Positions 1 through 9,646 of a DNA stretch of 64,000 nucleotides are shown here, in pieces. The notes beneath the pieces were generated by a model that was given only the letters and a program-made list of their open reading frames with translations, did no database searches and was not told the origin of the DNA. This stretch comes from an uncultured Candidatus Poseidoniales archaeon (GTDB lineage: Archaea; Thermoplasmatota; Poseidoniia; Poseidoniales; Thalassarchaeaceae). The stretch is taken from assembly GCA_964013425.1 (NCBI GenBank), contig CAXGWC010000002.1, positions 22,818-86,817 of the forward strand, read 5' to 3'. The translations under genes and the position numbers were made by a program. Within the stretch, counting starts at the first letter, position 1, and each line of letters starts with the position of its first letter.

Positions 1-1
1 T

Positions 2-298
2 TGCGGGCGCCACTACAATGAAATCCTGACTGAGGATGGAATCGGCTTCCCACTCGTGCACAGCGAGGCCCAGTTTTACCATCCACTTTCATACGGAGAT
101 ACGGTAAAATGCAAGATTTCAGTTATTGACATAGGCTCATCATCCATAACATGGGCATACGAGTTCAGAAACCAGGAGGATACGGTTTGCTGGACTTCCA
201 AACAGGTAACAGTCTGTGTTAGAATGAAGGAGATAAAGAGCAAAATTCCAGTGCCTGAATGGATGCGTGAAGGGCTTTCAAAGCTAATGGATGAATAA
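2..298 (+). CDS. acyl-CoA thioesterase (hotdog fold, YbgC/4HBT-like), 5' partial at window edge
   Basis: Frame is open from position 2. Translation ...GIGFPLVHSEAQFYHPLSYGDTVKCK... matches the 4HBT thioesterase core; ends at stop 296-298. Confidence 0.55.
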   Translation, partial: CGRHYNEILTEDGIGFPLVHSEAQFYHPLSYGDTVKCKISVIDIGSSSITWAYEFRNQEDTVCWTSKQVTVCVRMKEIKSKIPVPEWMREGLSKLMDE

Positions 299-703
299 TC
301 ACTCGTCTTCTCTTGGCCATTTCTTAGTGAGTGCCTTCCTCAGGTCGTCATTCATCTTGGCATCCCACCAGTTAGCATTCCTCCAGATGGCATATCTGCC
401 CCTGATTCCACGTAAATCGGCTCCATCGAGTTTAGATCCTTGGAAATTAGACAGGTTCATCTTTGCTTTGAGGAACACAGCATCGCGCATGTCGGCTTCA
501 TCAAAGGCTGCCTTCATGAGATTAGCTCCCTTGAATGACGCTTTTCTCATATCGGCTCCAGATAGGTCAGCCCCTTCCAAATCTGCCCTATCGAAGACCG
601 CTCTCCTGAGATCAGCACCAGAAAGATCCACACCACGCAGGTCCTTGCCAATGTGAGAAGTGTATGACCAATCTTTTGGATCTTCAGCCATACTACTCAC
701 CAA
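299..703 (-). CDS. pentapeptide-repeat protein
   Basis: Tandem A(D/N)LxxA(D/N)Lxx repeats (GADLRRAVFDRADLEGADLSGADMRKASFKGANL...). Confidence 0.75.
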   Translation of the reverse strand: MVSSMAEDPKDWSYTSHIGKDLRGVDLSGADLRRAVFDRADLEGADLSGADMRKASFKGANLMKAAFDEADMRDAVFLKAKMNLSNFQGSKLDGADLRGIRGRYAIWRNANWWDAKMNDDLRKALTKKWPREDE

Positions 704-1250
704 TTGACAAGTCCTCTAGATAATCAAGACCAGCTTCAGTCAGGATTACGAAACGATTCTTCTCGGGAGCCCCAGAAGGAAAACTAAGCAGGGGCCCACG
801 ACCTCTCCCAGCGGTTCCCCCCTCTATCATTCTGTTAATGTAAAGGGAGAGATTCCACTTCTCCACTTCCTCCTCTGTCCATCTTCCAGTCTGAGAAATC
901 AAACGACGAATTTCTCGTGGTGGGGTATTGGCCTCCCTTTCTACAGACCTAAGGTAGTGAATCGAGGCCAGGATAATATCACCTGTCTTGTCAATCCCAC
1001 AGGTATTCAGGAGGTGACCGAAGGAAGTACCCCTTTCAGGTATTTTAGCCTCCAGGGCAGATCTCGTTGCGTTTTCAATGGCCGAATCTCTCGATTTTCT
1101 AATCTTTGATAGTGCTGACTGCCAGGTATCCGTCTTCAATATCCTGGTCAAAGAGGCCTCTACCTCGGAATCACTGCCTGTTAGATCAATTTCTTCAGAC
1201 CCTACTCTGATGAAGACACGTCCAATCGGACCCGAAACTTCTTCGCTCAC
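693..1250 (-). CDS. hypothetical protein, possible C-terminal winged-helix domain
   Basis: 185-aa ORF overlapping the downstream pentapeptide gene by 11 nt (operon-like). C-terminal NRFVILTEAGLDYLEDL resembles a wHTH recognition helix. No confident family match. Confidence 0.45.
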   Translation of the reverse strand: MSEEVSGPIGRVFIRVGSEEIDLTGSDSEVEASLTRILKTDTWQSALSKIRKSRDSAIENATRSALEAKIPERGTSFGHLLNTCGIDKTGDIILASIHYLRSVEREANTPPREIRRLISQTGRWTEEEVEKWNLSLYINRMIEGGTAGRGRGPLLSFPSGAPEKNRFVILTEAGLDYLEDLSIGE

Positions 1251-1355
1251 GTCCTACCCTACAAAGGGACTTATATGAAGTTATTATTTCTACAAATTCC
1301 TTAACAATGGCGTCCAGTAGATAATATCTGTGTAACCTATGAACGAGATATTGAA

Positions 1356-2147
1356 ATGTACGTAGCTCGAGCGACAATCATGGCAGAGGAGAGCAATGCT
1401 GCTTACCCACTAGTTTTGCATTCAGAGGCAGACCCCTCAAGCCTAGGTGGAATTGCCGTATGTGGGTTTTCAACTGTTGGCTCAGTGGGCGTAATTGCAG
1501 CTACCCATCTAATCAGATCACTGAAGCTCTCTCCCATGGGCACAGTGATGCATCCAAAATTCCCTGCGATAGCACTCATTCATGACTCGGTACCGAAGCA
1601 TCCCGTCAGGGTATATCAGGGAGATGGAGTCGGAGTCTTTACTGCCGAAATCCAATTCCCTCCTGAGAACGATGCGTACTTCGGTGAGACAGTACTGGAG
1701 TGGTTCACCAAAGGAGGCTTCGAAACACTATACGTGGTAGATGGAGTGATAAGCAACGATCTAGGGATAAAGGAGGATAGCGATCTGTGGGGAGTCTCAT
1801 CTAAACCCAGCGGGCGTGATAGTTTGGACAATGCAGGCATCAAGAGAATCCAAAATGGAATAGTTTCGGGAATCGCCGGGTATCTAATTGCTGAGGGAGA
1901 GAGGAGGGGGCTGGATATCACTGCCCTCCTCGCAGAGTGTAACCCAATGTACCCGGACGCAAGAGCCGCTTTGATCGCCATAGATGGCCTAAGCGAGCTA
2001 ATGGATCTAGAAATTCCTGTTCAGGACCTTCTGGAGGATGCCAAAAACATTGAGGAGAAGGTCAGGGAGGCCTTTGAGAGAGCACGGTCAACAGCTCTTC
2101 CCGCACCAGATCCCGACGATGAAGAAGACGACCCTATGATTCTGTAA
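1356..2147 (+). CDS. PAC2-family protein (proteasome assembly chaperone-like, ATP-grasp-like fold)
   Basis: N-terminal GGIAVCGFSTVGSVGVIAATHLIRSL...PVRVYQGDG pattern typical of the PAC2/DUF75 family; acidic C-terminus. Confidence 0.45.
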   Translation: MYVARATIMAEESNAAYPLVLHSEADPSSLGGIAVCGFSTVGSVGVIAATHLIRSLKLSPMGTVMHPKFPAIALIHDSVPKHPVRVYQGDGVGVFTAEIQFPPENDAYFGETVLEWFTKGGFETLYVVDGVISNDLGIKEDSDLWGVSSKPSGRDSLDNAGIKRIQNGIVSGIAGYLIAEGERRGLDITALLAECNPMYPDARAALIAIDGLSELMDLEIPVQDLLEDAKNIEEKVREAFERARSTALPAPDPDDEEDDPMIL

Positions 2148-2771
2148 TCAGTAAAAGGGATTCTCTCCTGCCTCGTGATCTGTGGCATCAATTACTTCTG
2201 TTATCGACGGAACGTTGTCTTTGATCATGGTCTCAACTCCCTGCTTTAGAGTCACATCAGCCATTCCACATCCTTGGCAACCCCCCCCGAATACTATCAC
2301 AGCCTTTCCATCTTCTACTCCCATCAACTCAACATGCCCACCATGAGAGGCCACTGCGGGATTCACTTCGCTCTCGATAATCTCAGCAACAGCTTTTGAG
2401 ATATCATCCATCCACAGGGGATTGGGGTTCTCGAAGCTGAATCCGCCTCCCATCAGTGTCTCTTGGTAGTCAAGAGTCGTCCCATCGATGTACTTCGCAC
2501 TCTTTGGATCTATGAAAACACACATTCCATCAACATCTATCTCAATATCTCCATCTCTGGAATCCTTTCTCTCGATGAACTGCAAGTCATACTCAAAGCC
2601 GTTTCTACCCCTTCCAGTAATCTCAACCCTCAGGCAGACCTCGTCAATCTCTTCAGCGGCCTCAGCAAACTGGTCTAGCATTTCCTTAGCCTTAGAACTG
2701 AAACTCAGCATGCTTCTCATGCCTCGTAGCATTAGGTCATTCTTCAAGGCTTGCTCAGGTACCACTATCAC
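2148..2771 (-). CDS. nfuA: Fe-S cluster biogenesis protein NfuA-like (IscA-like N-domain + Nfu C-domain)
   Basis: C-terminal Nfu motif HGGHVELMGVEDGKAVIVFGGGCQGCGMADVTLKQGVE; N-terminal A-type carrier-like domain. Confidence 0.75.
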   Translation of the reverse strand: MIVVPEQALKNDLMLRGMRSMLSFSSKAKEMLDQFAEAAEEIDEVCLRVEITGRGRNGFEYDLQFIERKDSRDGDIEIDVDGMCVFIDPKSAKYIDGTTLDYQETLMGGGFSFENPNPLWMDDISKAVAEIIESEVNPAVASHGGHVELMGVEDGKAVIVFGGGCQGCGMADVTLKQGVETMIKDNVPSITEVIDATDHEAGENPFY

Positions 2772-2831
2772 CGAGGCACCTCTGCATGGACTGTGAGCGA
2801 GCCCGGAATCTTCGATACTTTAGGGAGACCG

Positions 2832-3794
2832 ATGCGGGATCTCAGGATTTCAGTGACCGACAGGTGTAACTTCAGATGCACATATTGCATGCCTAAGGAG
2901 ATATTTGGGAAGGAATTCCCATTCATGCCCAAAGACAGCATAATGACATTCGAGGAGATAGACAGAATCGCAGGGATTTTCATTTCTCTAGGGGTGAAGA
3001 AGATCAGACTCACGGGAGGAGAGCCACTTTTGCGGAGAAATCTCCATGATTTGGTATCTATGCTCTCCATGAGGGACGCAGAGATAGCGATGACGACCAA
3101 CGGGGTCCTACTTCCCAGATACGCACCAGCTCTCTCAGCGGCAGGCCTCGATAGGGTTACTGTGAGCCTGGACGCCATCGACGAAGCAACGTTCGCCGCT
3201 ATAACAGATTCAGGCCACACGGTTGCTTCAGTGATCGCTGGTATTGAGGCAGCAGAATCAGTGGGCCTAGGCCCTGTGAAAATCAATACAGTTGTCAAGA
3301 GAAATTCAAACGAGAATGAAATCCTAGATATCATTGAGAGATTTTCTAGTAGGGACATTGCTGTCCGGTTCATCGAGTACATGGATGTAGGTACGACCAA
3401 CGGATGGAATTTGGATGATGTTGTTAGCGCTTCTGAGATACGAGATATGATTGGAGACATTGAGAGAATCATACCCGAAAATAATAGCGATGTGGCCAAG
3501 AGGTACAAGCTACCCAACGGTGGCGAAGTAGGAATCATCTCCAGTGTCACTGAACCGTTCTGTGGTGACTGTACCAGAGCTAGGATTTCTTCAGATGGGA
3601 GGCTCTTCACATGTCTTTTTTCGAATAACGGGCTTGATCTCCTCTCACCAATCAGAGCTGGACATACCGACTCCCACATCACGGACCTAATTCGTGAACA
3701 TTGGAATAAGAGGCAGGACAGATACTCCGAGGAACGCTCACTGAACAGCTCCAAGACATCTGAAAGAGTGGAAATGTCCTATATTGGTGGCTGA
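2832..3794 (+). CDS. moaA: GTP 3',8-cyclase MoaA (molybdenum cofactor biosynthesis, radical SAM)
   Basis: CNFRCTYC radical-SAM motif, GGEPLLR, C-terminal Cys cluster. Start chosen at internal ATG (MRDLRISV) preceded by GGGAG; the longer ORF from 2751 would overlap nfuA. Confidence 0.85.
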   Translation: MRDLRISVTDRCNFRCTYCMPKEIFGKEFPFMPKDSIMTFEEIDRIAGIFISLGVKKIRLTGGEPLLRRNLHDLVSMLSMRDAEIAMTTNGVLLPRYAPALSAAGLDRVTVSLDAIDEATFAAITDSGHTVASVIAGIEAAESVGLGPVKINTVVKRNSNENEILDIIERFSSRDIAVRFIEYMDVGTTNGWNLDDVVSASEIRDMIGDIERIIPENNSDVAKRYKLPNGGEVGIISSVTEPFCGDCTRARISSDGRLFTCLFSNNGLDLLSPIRAGHTDSHITDLIREHWNKRQDRYSEERSLNSSKTSERVEMSYIGG

Positions 3795-5161
3795 AGACTC
3801 AAGGCCACTTCAACGATATCATCCCAACTCGCCCCTGTCCTAAATGATGGCTTTCCGTAATGAGTCAACGAGGCATTGCAACCCATCTCGTTCAGTTTCT
3901 TTACCATCATAGTGGGACTTGGTGGAGAGCCAATACCCAGCCAGCTTGATAGGTCATCAACGAGAATATGGTGCGCTGAGCCAATTACAGCTCCCTCCTG
4001 CTCTATATTTCTGACCGACCTGACAACTCTCCTCCTCTCCATCTCGAAGTCCCTCTCAGACCACCCAGCCAAATCCCCATCTGCAAACTCCGGGGCACAC
4101 AGCCTCATAGCCTTCTCTTCTGTCATAGAACACATTGCACTCTGATCGCCAATACTTCCAATCCAGAGAGGTCCGGATATCCGGGGGTCCTTTCTTTCCA
4201 CAGGATTGGATAGTGGAAGGAGACAAGTCATTGGCAGGCTATCCAAAGAACAGTTCGGATGCAATCCTGCCTCTACTGAAGCCAAAACCTCTTCATAAGA
4301 AGGCGAATGAACTCTCCACCCGATCTCATCCTCGAAAATATTAGCACCACTCCTGCTCTTTCGTACTCTTGCTGAGACTCTTAGGTGGTGCGAGTCCCAT
4401 ATGGATAGTAACGGCTCTACACAGCGATCATGTCTAGCTGCAGTACTTGCAAGGTTAGCCAGCATCACCCTAAGTGCAGAGTCGTGAGCGAGACCATCGG
4501 TTCTTACTCTAGCACCATATCTCCTCAGCATCGCTCCGCGGGATGAGCCAGTCAGAGCAGCAGTGTCGGTTGCGCTGACTTCTATCACCCCACTTCTTGC
4601 TAGAGACTGAACTGCCGTGTCAAGAAAAGGTAATGGAGATCCAAAGGGATCTATATCCACCCAATGTCTTCCATGAGAAAGAACCAGCTTTCGAAGGTCA
4701 CCAACGCAGCTCGAGAGCTGTCCCTTTCCGTGGAGAGGGGGGAAATCTCGATGATTGCCGATTGCCCAATCAATAGCCTCTCCGTCTAAATCAGAGATAG
4801 TGACATCTAGTCTCTTAGCATTGTCCTCAGAGATTTCATTCAGCCATCTCCTTGCCCGTATACCTCCTGCAGCCAGTCCGTCCAAGGCATATACCGTCCC
4901 TTCTCCTAGAATCCCGCTTTCTATCGCATGATCAAACAGAAGAACGCTTCTCGTCCTACTTCCAGACATGGCTGGATTCAAGAATACACCTCCGCCCCTT
5001 CTGGAAACAGGACCTGTCATCTGTGAATTAGGCCTCTCGGATACCCTGACTAATGTACGCCCTTCTCTGTGAATTACACCGGGCCACCCTTTCGGTTCCT
5101 CCCAGTCCATGGTGACCGGAAGTGCCCACGGCACAAGGTATTGACTATGATGCTCAATCAA
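3779..5161 (-). CDS. trm1: tRNA (guanine(26)-N2)-dimethyltransferase Trm1
   Basis: FLNPAM...VLLFDHAIESGILGEG...DGLAAGGIRARRW matches the Trm1 SAM-binding core. Start codon overlaps the purM stop (ATGA). Confidence 0.8.
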   Translation of the reverse strand: MIEHHSQYLVPWALPVTMDWEEPKGWPGVIHREGRTLVRVSERPNSQMTGPVSRRGGGVFLNPAMSGSRTRSVLLFDHAIESGILGEGTVYALDGLAAGGIRARRWLNEISEDNAKRLDVTISDLDGEAIDWAIGNHRDFPPLHGKGQLSSCVGDLRKLVLSHGRHWVDIDPFGSPLPFLDTAVQSLARSGVIEVSATDTAALTGSSRGAMLRRYGARVRTDGLAHDSALRVMLANLASTAARHDRCVEPLLSIWDSHHLRVSARVRKSRSGANIFEDEIGWRVHSPSYEEVLASVEAGLHPNCSLDSLPMTCLLPLSNPVERKDPRISGPLWIGSIGDQSAMCSMTEEKAMRLCAPEFADGDLAGWSERDFEMERRRVVRSVRNIEQEGAVIGSAHHILVDDLSSWLGIGSPPSPTMMVKKLNEMGCNASLTHYGKPSFRTGASWDDIVEVALSLQPPI

Positions 5162-6294
5162 TAACTATCGAACCTTACAGCAGGATCACTATGGGTGACG
5201 ATTCGTCCATTGTCAGTAACTGAACCTACTATACTGGCTCCTGGTAGCCTTTCTGAAATCCATTCCAATACGGAATCAGAACGGCCCTTGGACACTGCAA
5301 TAACCATTCCCATACCCATGTTGAAAGTTCTGTGCATCTCCTTGGAATCGACGGACCCACTTTTGGCAAGCCACTCGAACTCGGGATGAGGAGGGAGCGG
5401 ATTTTCAATATGCCACCCCAAGATATCATGAAGCCGAAGAAGATTGGAAAGGCCACCCCCAGTAATATGTGCTATTGCCTTGATATCAGATAAGTCGCAA
5501 GGACCACTCCCTAGCCTGCACTCTAGAATTAAATCAACCACAGGATCAACATAGATTCTAGTTGGATTCAATAAAACCTCCCCAAGACTAATTTCTCCTT
5601 CCGAATCTGGAAAGCGCTCTATCTCTCTTCCCGGGTGAGATGTATCAAAAGGAGCATCCTCAATAAGAGAATGCCCACTCCTCTCGACAATCGCTCTGAC
5701 TAGGGTGTAACCGTTTGAATGAATACCACTACTTGGCAAACCGATTAGAATGTCTCCACACTCTAGACGCTCTCCCGTAATTGCCTCTCCCTTGGGAAAC
5801 CACCCCAAAGCAGTACCTGACATGTCCAGCTCTCTCACAATTCCAGGAAGGGTCGCCGTCTCACCTCCTGCCAGTGTAACTCTAGATCTGGAGCAACCCT
5901 CTGAAAGAGACTCTCCCAATATCGAATGGACCGAGCTATCAGTCTTCGGCGTTGCAATATAGTCGACAAAGGCCACAGGCTCTGCACCTACACATATCAA
6001 ATCATTCACATTCATGGCTATACAATCTATACCGACTCCCTCTAACCTACCCAAGTGATTTGCAATTTGCAATTTTGAACCAACTCCGTCGGTAGCCAAG
6101 GCCAATCTATAGTCCCCAAACTCAATTATTCCTCCAAACCCCCCAGGTAGAGGAACTGGAGCTCCGATTTCCCCTTTCTTCCTCACAGAATTGGCAAGTG
6201 ATCCAATCAGACTTGAGACCGCCTGGGCCTCTAAATCTATGTCTACCCCACTACTTGCATAGTCCATCGGCGCACCACTCATATCTCTTCGCAC
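5158..6294 (-). CDS. purM: phosphoribosylformylglycinamidine cyclo-ligase (AIR synthetase) PurM
   Basis: DYASSGVDID N-terminal signature plus PurM N- and C-domains. Confidence 0.9.
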   Translation of the reverse strand: MRRDMSGAPMDYASSGVDIDLEAQAVSSLIGSLANSVRKKGEIGAPVPLPGGFGGIIEFGDYRLALATDGVGSKLQIANHLGRLEGVGIDCIAMNVNDLICVGAEPVAFVDYIATPKTDSSVHSILGESLSEGCSRSRVTLAGGETATLPGIVRELDMSGTALGWFPKGEAITGERLECGDILIGLPSSGIHSNGYTLVRAIVERSGHSLIEDAPFDTSHPGREIERFPDSEGEISLGEVLLNPTRIYVDPVVDLILECRLGSGPCDLSDIKAIAHITGGGLSNLLRLHDILGWHIENPLPPHPEFEWLAKSGSVDSKEMHRTFNMGMGMVIAVSKGRSDSVLEWISERLPGASIVGSVTDNGRIVTHSDPAVRFDSY

Positions 6295-6404
6295 GAGTTA
6301 CCGCTCATGATACTCTCGCTTCCCGTACTCTGAGATTTGGTAGAAAAAAAATAAGATTAAGAGCCGTTTTTCTAAAAAACGCCCTTTTTCGACTTTTTTT
6401 TGAG

Positions 6405-6425
6405 AATCTCTATAACATATATACG
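6405..6425 (+). promoter_or_regulatory. TATA-like box (tataacatatata) of the divergent purM/SBP intergenic region
   Basis: AT-rich element ~35 nt upstream of the ATG at 6458, consistent with an archaeal BRE/TATA and a short leader. Confidence 0.3.
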
Positions 6426-6457
6426 TCGTCGTGCGGGCACTGGAACGTGAGTTTCTA

Positions 6458-9400
6458 ATGAAGAACAACAAGATGATTGCAATGATGCTTACCATGAGCA
6501 TGCTGGCGGCAGCTTTCGCCGGATGCCTTGGTGGGGATGATGAAGACGACACACCTGACTGGTCCATTTCGATGGCTAGTGACGTTAGTGCCGACTTCGT
6601 GGAGTCCGCATGGGACCCCATCATTCCCAACCTGAATGCCGGCGATATGTGCGACGCTATCATATCGGCGATGACGAAGACTGACGAGCGAGAGCAAGTT
6701 GTCGACTTCACCAGGGCCTACTACACAAGTAGCCAGGGTGTAATCGGCGGATCTGGCGCCGCTTCCATCAGTGCCGTCGCAGACCTGAACGCAGAAGGAA
6801 CCACCATAGGCGTACAATCGGGGACCACCTCGGATCTGTATGCTCAGAACAACCTAGGTGCAGCTACGATCAGTGCTTACGACGACTTCCCTTCGGTAAT
6901 CGCCGCTTTGAACAATGGCGATGTACACTATGCAATGGGTGACGCCCCAGTTCTGTCCCTGGAAGGTACCTTGATGGTCACCTTCTCGGATGAGAACTTC
7001 GGTATGGCTGTGCAGGGGGATTCCTCTGGAGAGCTACTTGGCGCTCTGAACATGGCAATTGGTGCCTTGGTCGACTCAGGTGAGTACGACCTGATCTATG
7101 GTGCCAGTTTCGATGGCGCAGTAACACTAGCCGATGACACCACAATGGATACAGCTACTTCCTACCCAGTACCAACTGAGGGAAGCGACCTGACCGCAGT
7201 TCTGGAGTCCGGAAGCCTAAGGCTTTGCACAGACCCGTTCTACCCTCCATTCGAGAGCTATGCTGACGATGGATCAGTAGTCGGATTCGATGCTGACATC
7301 GCTCATGCCGTAGCAGACGAGATAGCTGCTCACTACATGGGGGCAGCAAACCCAATGTTCGTTCCACCTGTCGTGGAAGAGCCAGCCGTGACAATCAAGC
7401 TAGGATTCTTGAATGACGCAACAGGGCCAATCGCTCAGTTCGCCGCTCCATTCACCTTTGCTTGGGGAGCCGCAATGGATGATCTAAACGCAATGGGAGA
7501 CGACTACGTCTTCGAGGTAATCGAGGCAGACTCCGGATGCGATGGCCAGATGGCCGGTACAGCAGCTCAGTCCCTCGTGGACGCTGGAGTTGTCGCAGTG
7601 GCTGGAGCCGCTTGCTCCGGAGCATCAATGGGTGCTAACGCAGTCCTTTCGGCTGCTGGAATCCCCATGATATCCTACGCCAGCACATCCCCAGCTCTGA
7701 GCGACGCAACCGCGTACCCTCACTTCTACAGGATCGTTCCAAGCGACGCTCTGCAAGGACAGGCAGCAGCTGACATGATCATGGCAAGCGGGGTTTCCAA
7801 CACCGCTGTCGTGCACATGACCAACGCTTACGGTGCAGGTCTAGCAGACGCAGTAGCGCTCAACCTGGGCGAGGACAACGTCTGCCTGCAGGCAGGATAC
7901 GAGGAGACAGCAACCGATTTCCAGGGCGCCGTTCAGGCAGTCATGGACGCAGGCTGTGACTCGGTCTTCCTAGGGTCCTACTCCGCTGACGGAGCCACGA
8001 TAGTCGAGACCATGGCAGTCATGGGTGCAACAATACCGATTTTCAGCGCTGACGGAATGGCCGGAGAGGCTGCTCTAGCAGACTACACCAACCCAGCAGC
8101 CGCAAACGGAATCGAGGTAACAAGGCCCAGAGCCGCAGCAGCAGGCGCTGGAGTTTTCGCAGCCGCATGTGCTGACGACCCTGTCTGCTCCACTGGAATC
8201 TTCACTTCTGAGGCGTACGATGCAGTAATGATGATCGGTCACGCAGCAATGATGGAGGACGGAGAGAACATGGGTACGCATGTACCCATGGTAGGCGACG
8301 CATATGCTGGAGACAGCGGTACTCACACCTTCTTGGACAACGGAGACGTTGGAGGATCAGGCTACGATGTCTGTACCTTCGCTCACGTACCAACCTTTGG
8401 AGAGTACTTCAACTGCGACAGGATGTGGGAAGCCGGAGGAGCCGGAGTAACTGCAGCACCATTCATGGGAGCTACAATCAAGATCGGATTCCTGAACGAC
8501 GCCACTGGGCCTATCGCCGTGTATGCAAACGGATTCGTTGCGGCATCACAGATCGCTCTAGGTCTAGCCAACACAATCGGATACAGTAACAATGTCCAGT
8601 TCGAGATAGTCTACGCAGACTCTGGTTGCGACAGCACCATGGGTGGCGCAGCCGCCCAGACACTGGTAGACGCTGGAGTATGGGGAGTCGTTGGAGCAGC
8701 CTGCTCCGGCGCATCCATGGGAGCCAACGCGGTGCTATCCGCAGCTGGAATCCCACAGGTATCCTATGCCAGCACAAGCCCAGCACTGTCTGATGCTACT
8801 GCATACCCATCCTTCTACCGCGTCGTACCAAGCGATGCGTTCCAGGGATCGGTAGTTGCAGAAGTAATGACAGCTGATGCACAGGACAACGTCGCAGTCA
8901 TTCACATGACCAACGCGTACGGATCAGGACTAGCAGACGCCTTTGTCGCCAACATGGACTCGGCAAGCATTTGCACACAAATTGGATACGAGGAGACAGC
9001 TACTGACTTCTCCACAATCGTGAGCACGGTCGTCAATGACGGATGTACCTCAGTAATGATGGTCTCATACGCCGCTGATGGAGCTATGCTAATCGAGGAG
9101 ATGTCTCTACAGGGATTCACCGGAGCCATCTATGGCGCTGATGGAATTGCCGAGGTAGGACTAGCAGCCGATATGGCTGACAAGTCCTTGGTCGATGGCG
9201 TAATCGCCACAAAGCCTGCAGCCGCAGGCGGAATGACCACTGTAGGCATGGTCTTTGCCGCACAGTGCATGGCAAACCCCGACTGTGCTGGAGGAATCTA
9301 CACTGCAGAGGCGTTCGACGCTGTCTACATCGTGGCTTTCGCCGCCTTCACAGCCCTAGCCACCCCTGGCATCACGCCAGACATGGCAATCGCTGGGACT

Positions 9401-9562
9401 GGTAACGGTCTAGAAGGAGCCAGTGGAGGAATCACCTTCATGGCAAACGGAGACGTTCCAGCAGCTGGTTTCTGTATCGGGGAGTTCTCTCACGATGCAA
9501 CCACAGACACAGTCTCATACGACTGTGCCAGGAACTGGGACCCAGTCAACGGAATCGTTTGA
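6458..9562 (+). CDS. livK: three-domain solute-binding lipoprotein: partial/permuted SBP type-3 module + two tandem LivJ/LivK-type branched-chain amino-acid-binding domains
   Basis: Signal peptide with lipobox-like AAFAGC. Residues ~60-230 resemble polar-amino-acid SBP family 3 (AIISAMTKTDEREQVVDFTRAYY). Two paralogous type-I LivK-like domains follow (IKLGFLNDATGPIA...GAACSGASMGANAVLSAAGIP...YPHFYRIVPSD, and again IKIGFLNDATGPIA...YPSFYRVVPSD). Start set at the internal ATG (MKNNKM). Confidence 0.8.
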   Translation: MKNNKMIAMMLTMSMLAAAFAGCLGGDDEDDTPDWSISMASDVSADFVESAWDPIIPNLNAGDMCDAIISAMTKTDEREQVVDFTRAYYTSSQGVIGGSGAASISAVADLNAEGTTIGVQSGTTSDLYAQNNLGAATISAYDDFPSVIAALNNGDVHYAMGDAPVLSLEGTLMVTFSDENFGMAVQGDSSGELLGALNMAIGALVDSGEYDLIYGASFDGAVTLADDTTMDTATSYPVPTEGSDLTAVLESGSLRLCTDPFYPPFESYADDGSVVGFDADIAHAVADEIAAHYMGAANPMFVPPVVEEPAVTIKLGFLNDATGPIAQFAAPFTFAWGAAMDDLNAMGDDYVFEVIEADSGCDGQMAGTAAQSLVDAGVVAVAGAACSGASMGANAVLSAAGIPMISYASTSPALSDATAYPHFYRIVPSDALQGQAAADMIMASGVSNTAVVHMTNAYGAGLADAVALNLGEDNVCLQAGYEETATDFQGAVQAVMDAGCDSVFLGSYSADGATIVETMAVMGATIPIFSADGMAGEAALADYTNPAAANGIEVTRPRAAAAGAGVFAAACADDPVCSTGIFTSEAYDAVMMIGHAAMMEDGENMGTHVPMVGDAYAGDSGTHTFLDNGDVGGSGYDVCTFAHVPTFGEYFNCDRMWEAGGAGVTAAPFMGATIKIGFLNDATGPIAVYANGFVAASQIALGLANTIGYSNNVQFEIVYADSGCDSTMGGAAAQTLVDAGVWGVVGAACSGASMGANAVLSAAGIPQVSYASTSPALSDATAYPSFYRVVPSDAFQGSVVAEVMTADAQDNVAVIHMTNAYGSGLADAFVANMDSASICTQIGYEETATDFSTIVSTVVNDGCTSVMMVSYAADGAMLIEEMSLQGFTGAIYGADGIAEVGLAADMADKSLVDGVIATKPAAAGGMTTVGMVFAAQCMANPDCAGGIYTAEAFDAVYIVAFAAFTALATPGITPDMAIAGTGNGLEGASGGITFMANGDVPAAGFCIGEFSHDATTDTVSYDCARNWDPVNGIV

Positions 9563-9575
9563 TTGGTAACGTAAA

Positions 9576-9620
9576 GCAGTGCGGCGGGGGTTTCCCGCCG
9601 CACTGCCCCAACAATTTTAT
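9576..9620 (+). terminator. intrinsic-type terminator hairpin followed by a T-rich tract
   Basis: Perfect 13-bp GC-rich inverted repeat GCAGTGCGGCGGG-ggttt-CCCGCCGCACTGC (9576-9606), then ccaacaattttatt, 14 nt after the SBP stop. Confidence 0.55.
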
Positions 9621-9646
9621 TCAAATCATGAAGGTACGTGTAGTAG

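Noticed and set aside
6431-6447. gcactggaacg in the SBP gene leader shares the 9-mer CACTGGAAC with ORB-like element 2
   Set aside because: A single 9-mer match is at chance level in a 64-kb window (both strands), and there is no inverted partner or AT-rich core.
6298-6711. 137-aa minus-strand ORF spanning the purM/SBP promoter region and the 5' end of the SBP gene
   Set aside because: It overlaps a far better-supported plus-strand gene and the AT-rich promoter, and has no motif. Likely a spurious antisense ORF.
7155-9129. Several 60-90-aa minus-strand ORFs inside the SBP gene (7155-7394, 7625-7816, 8075-8786, 8902-9129)
   Set aside because: Typical antisense ORFs inside a GC-rich, repeat-containing coding region. 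Their Cys/Arg/His-rich low-complexity translations are characteristic of wrong-frame reading.
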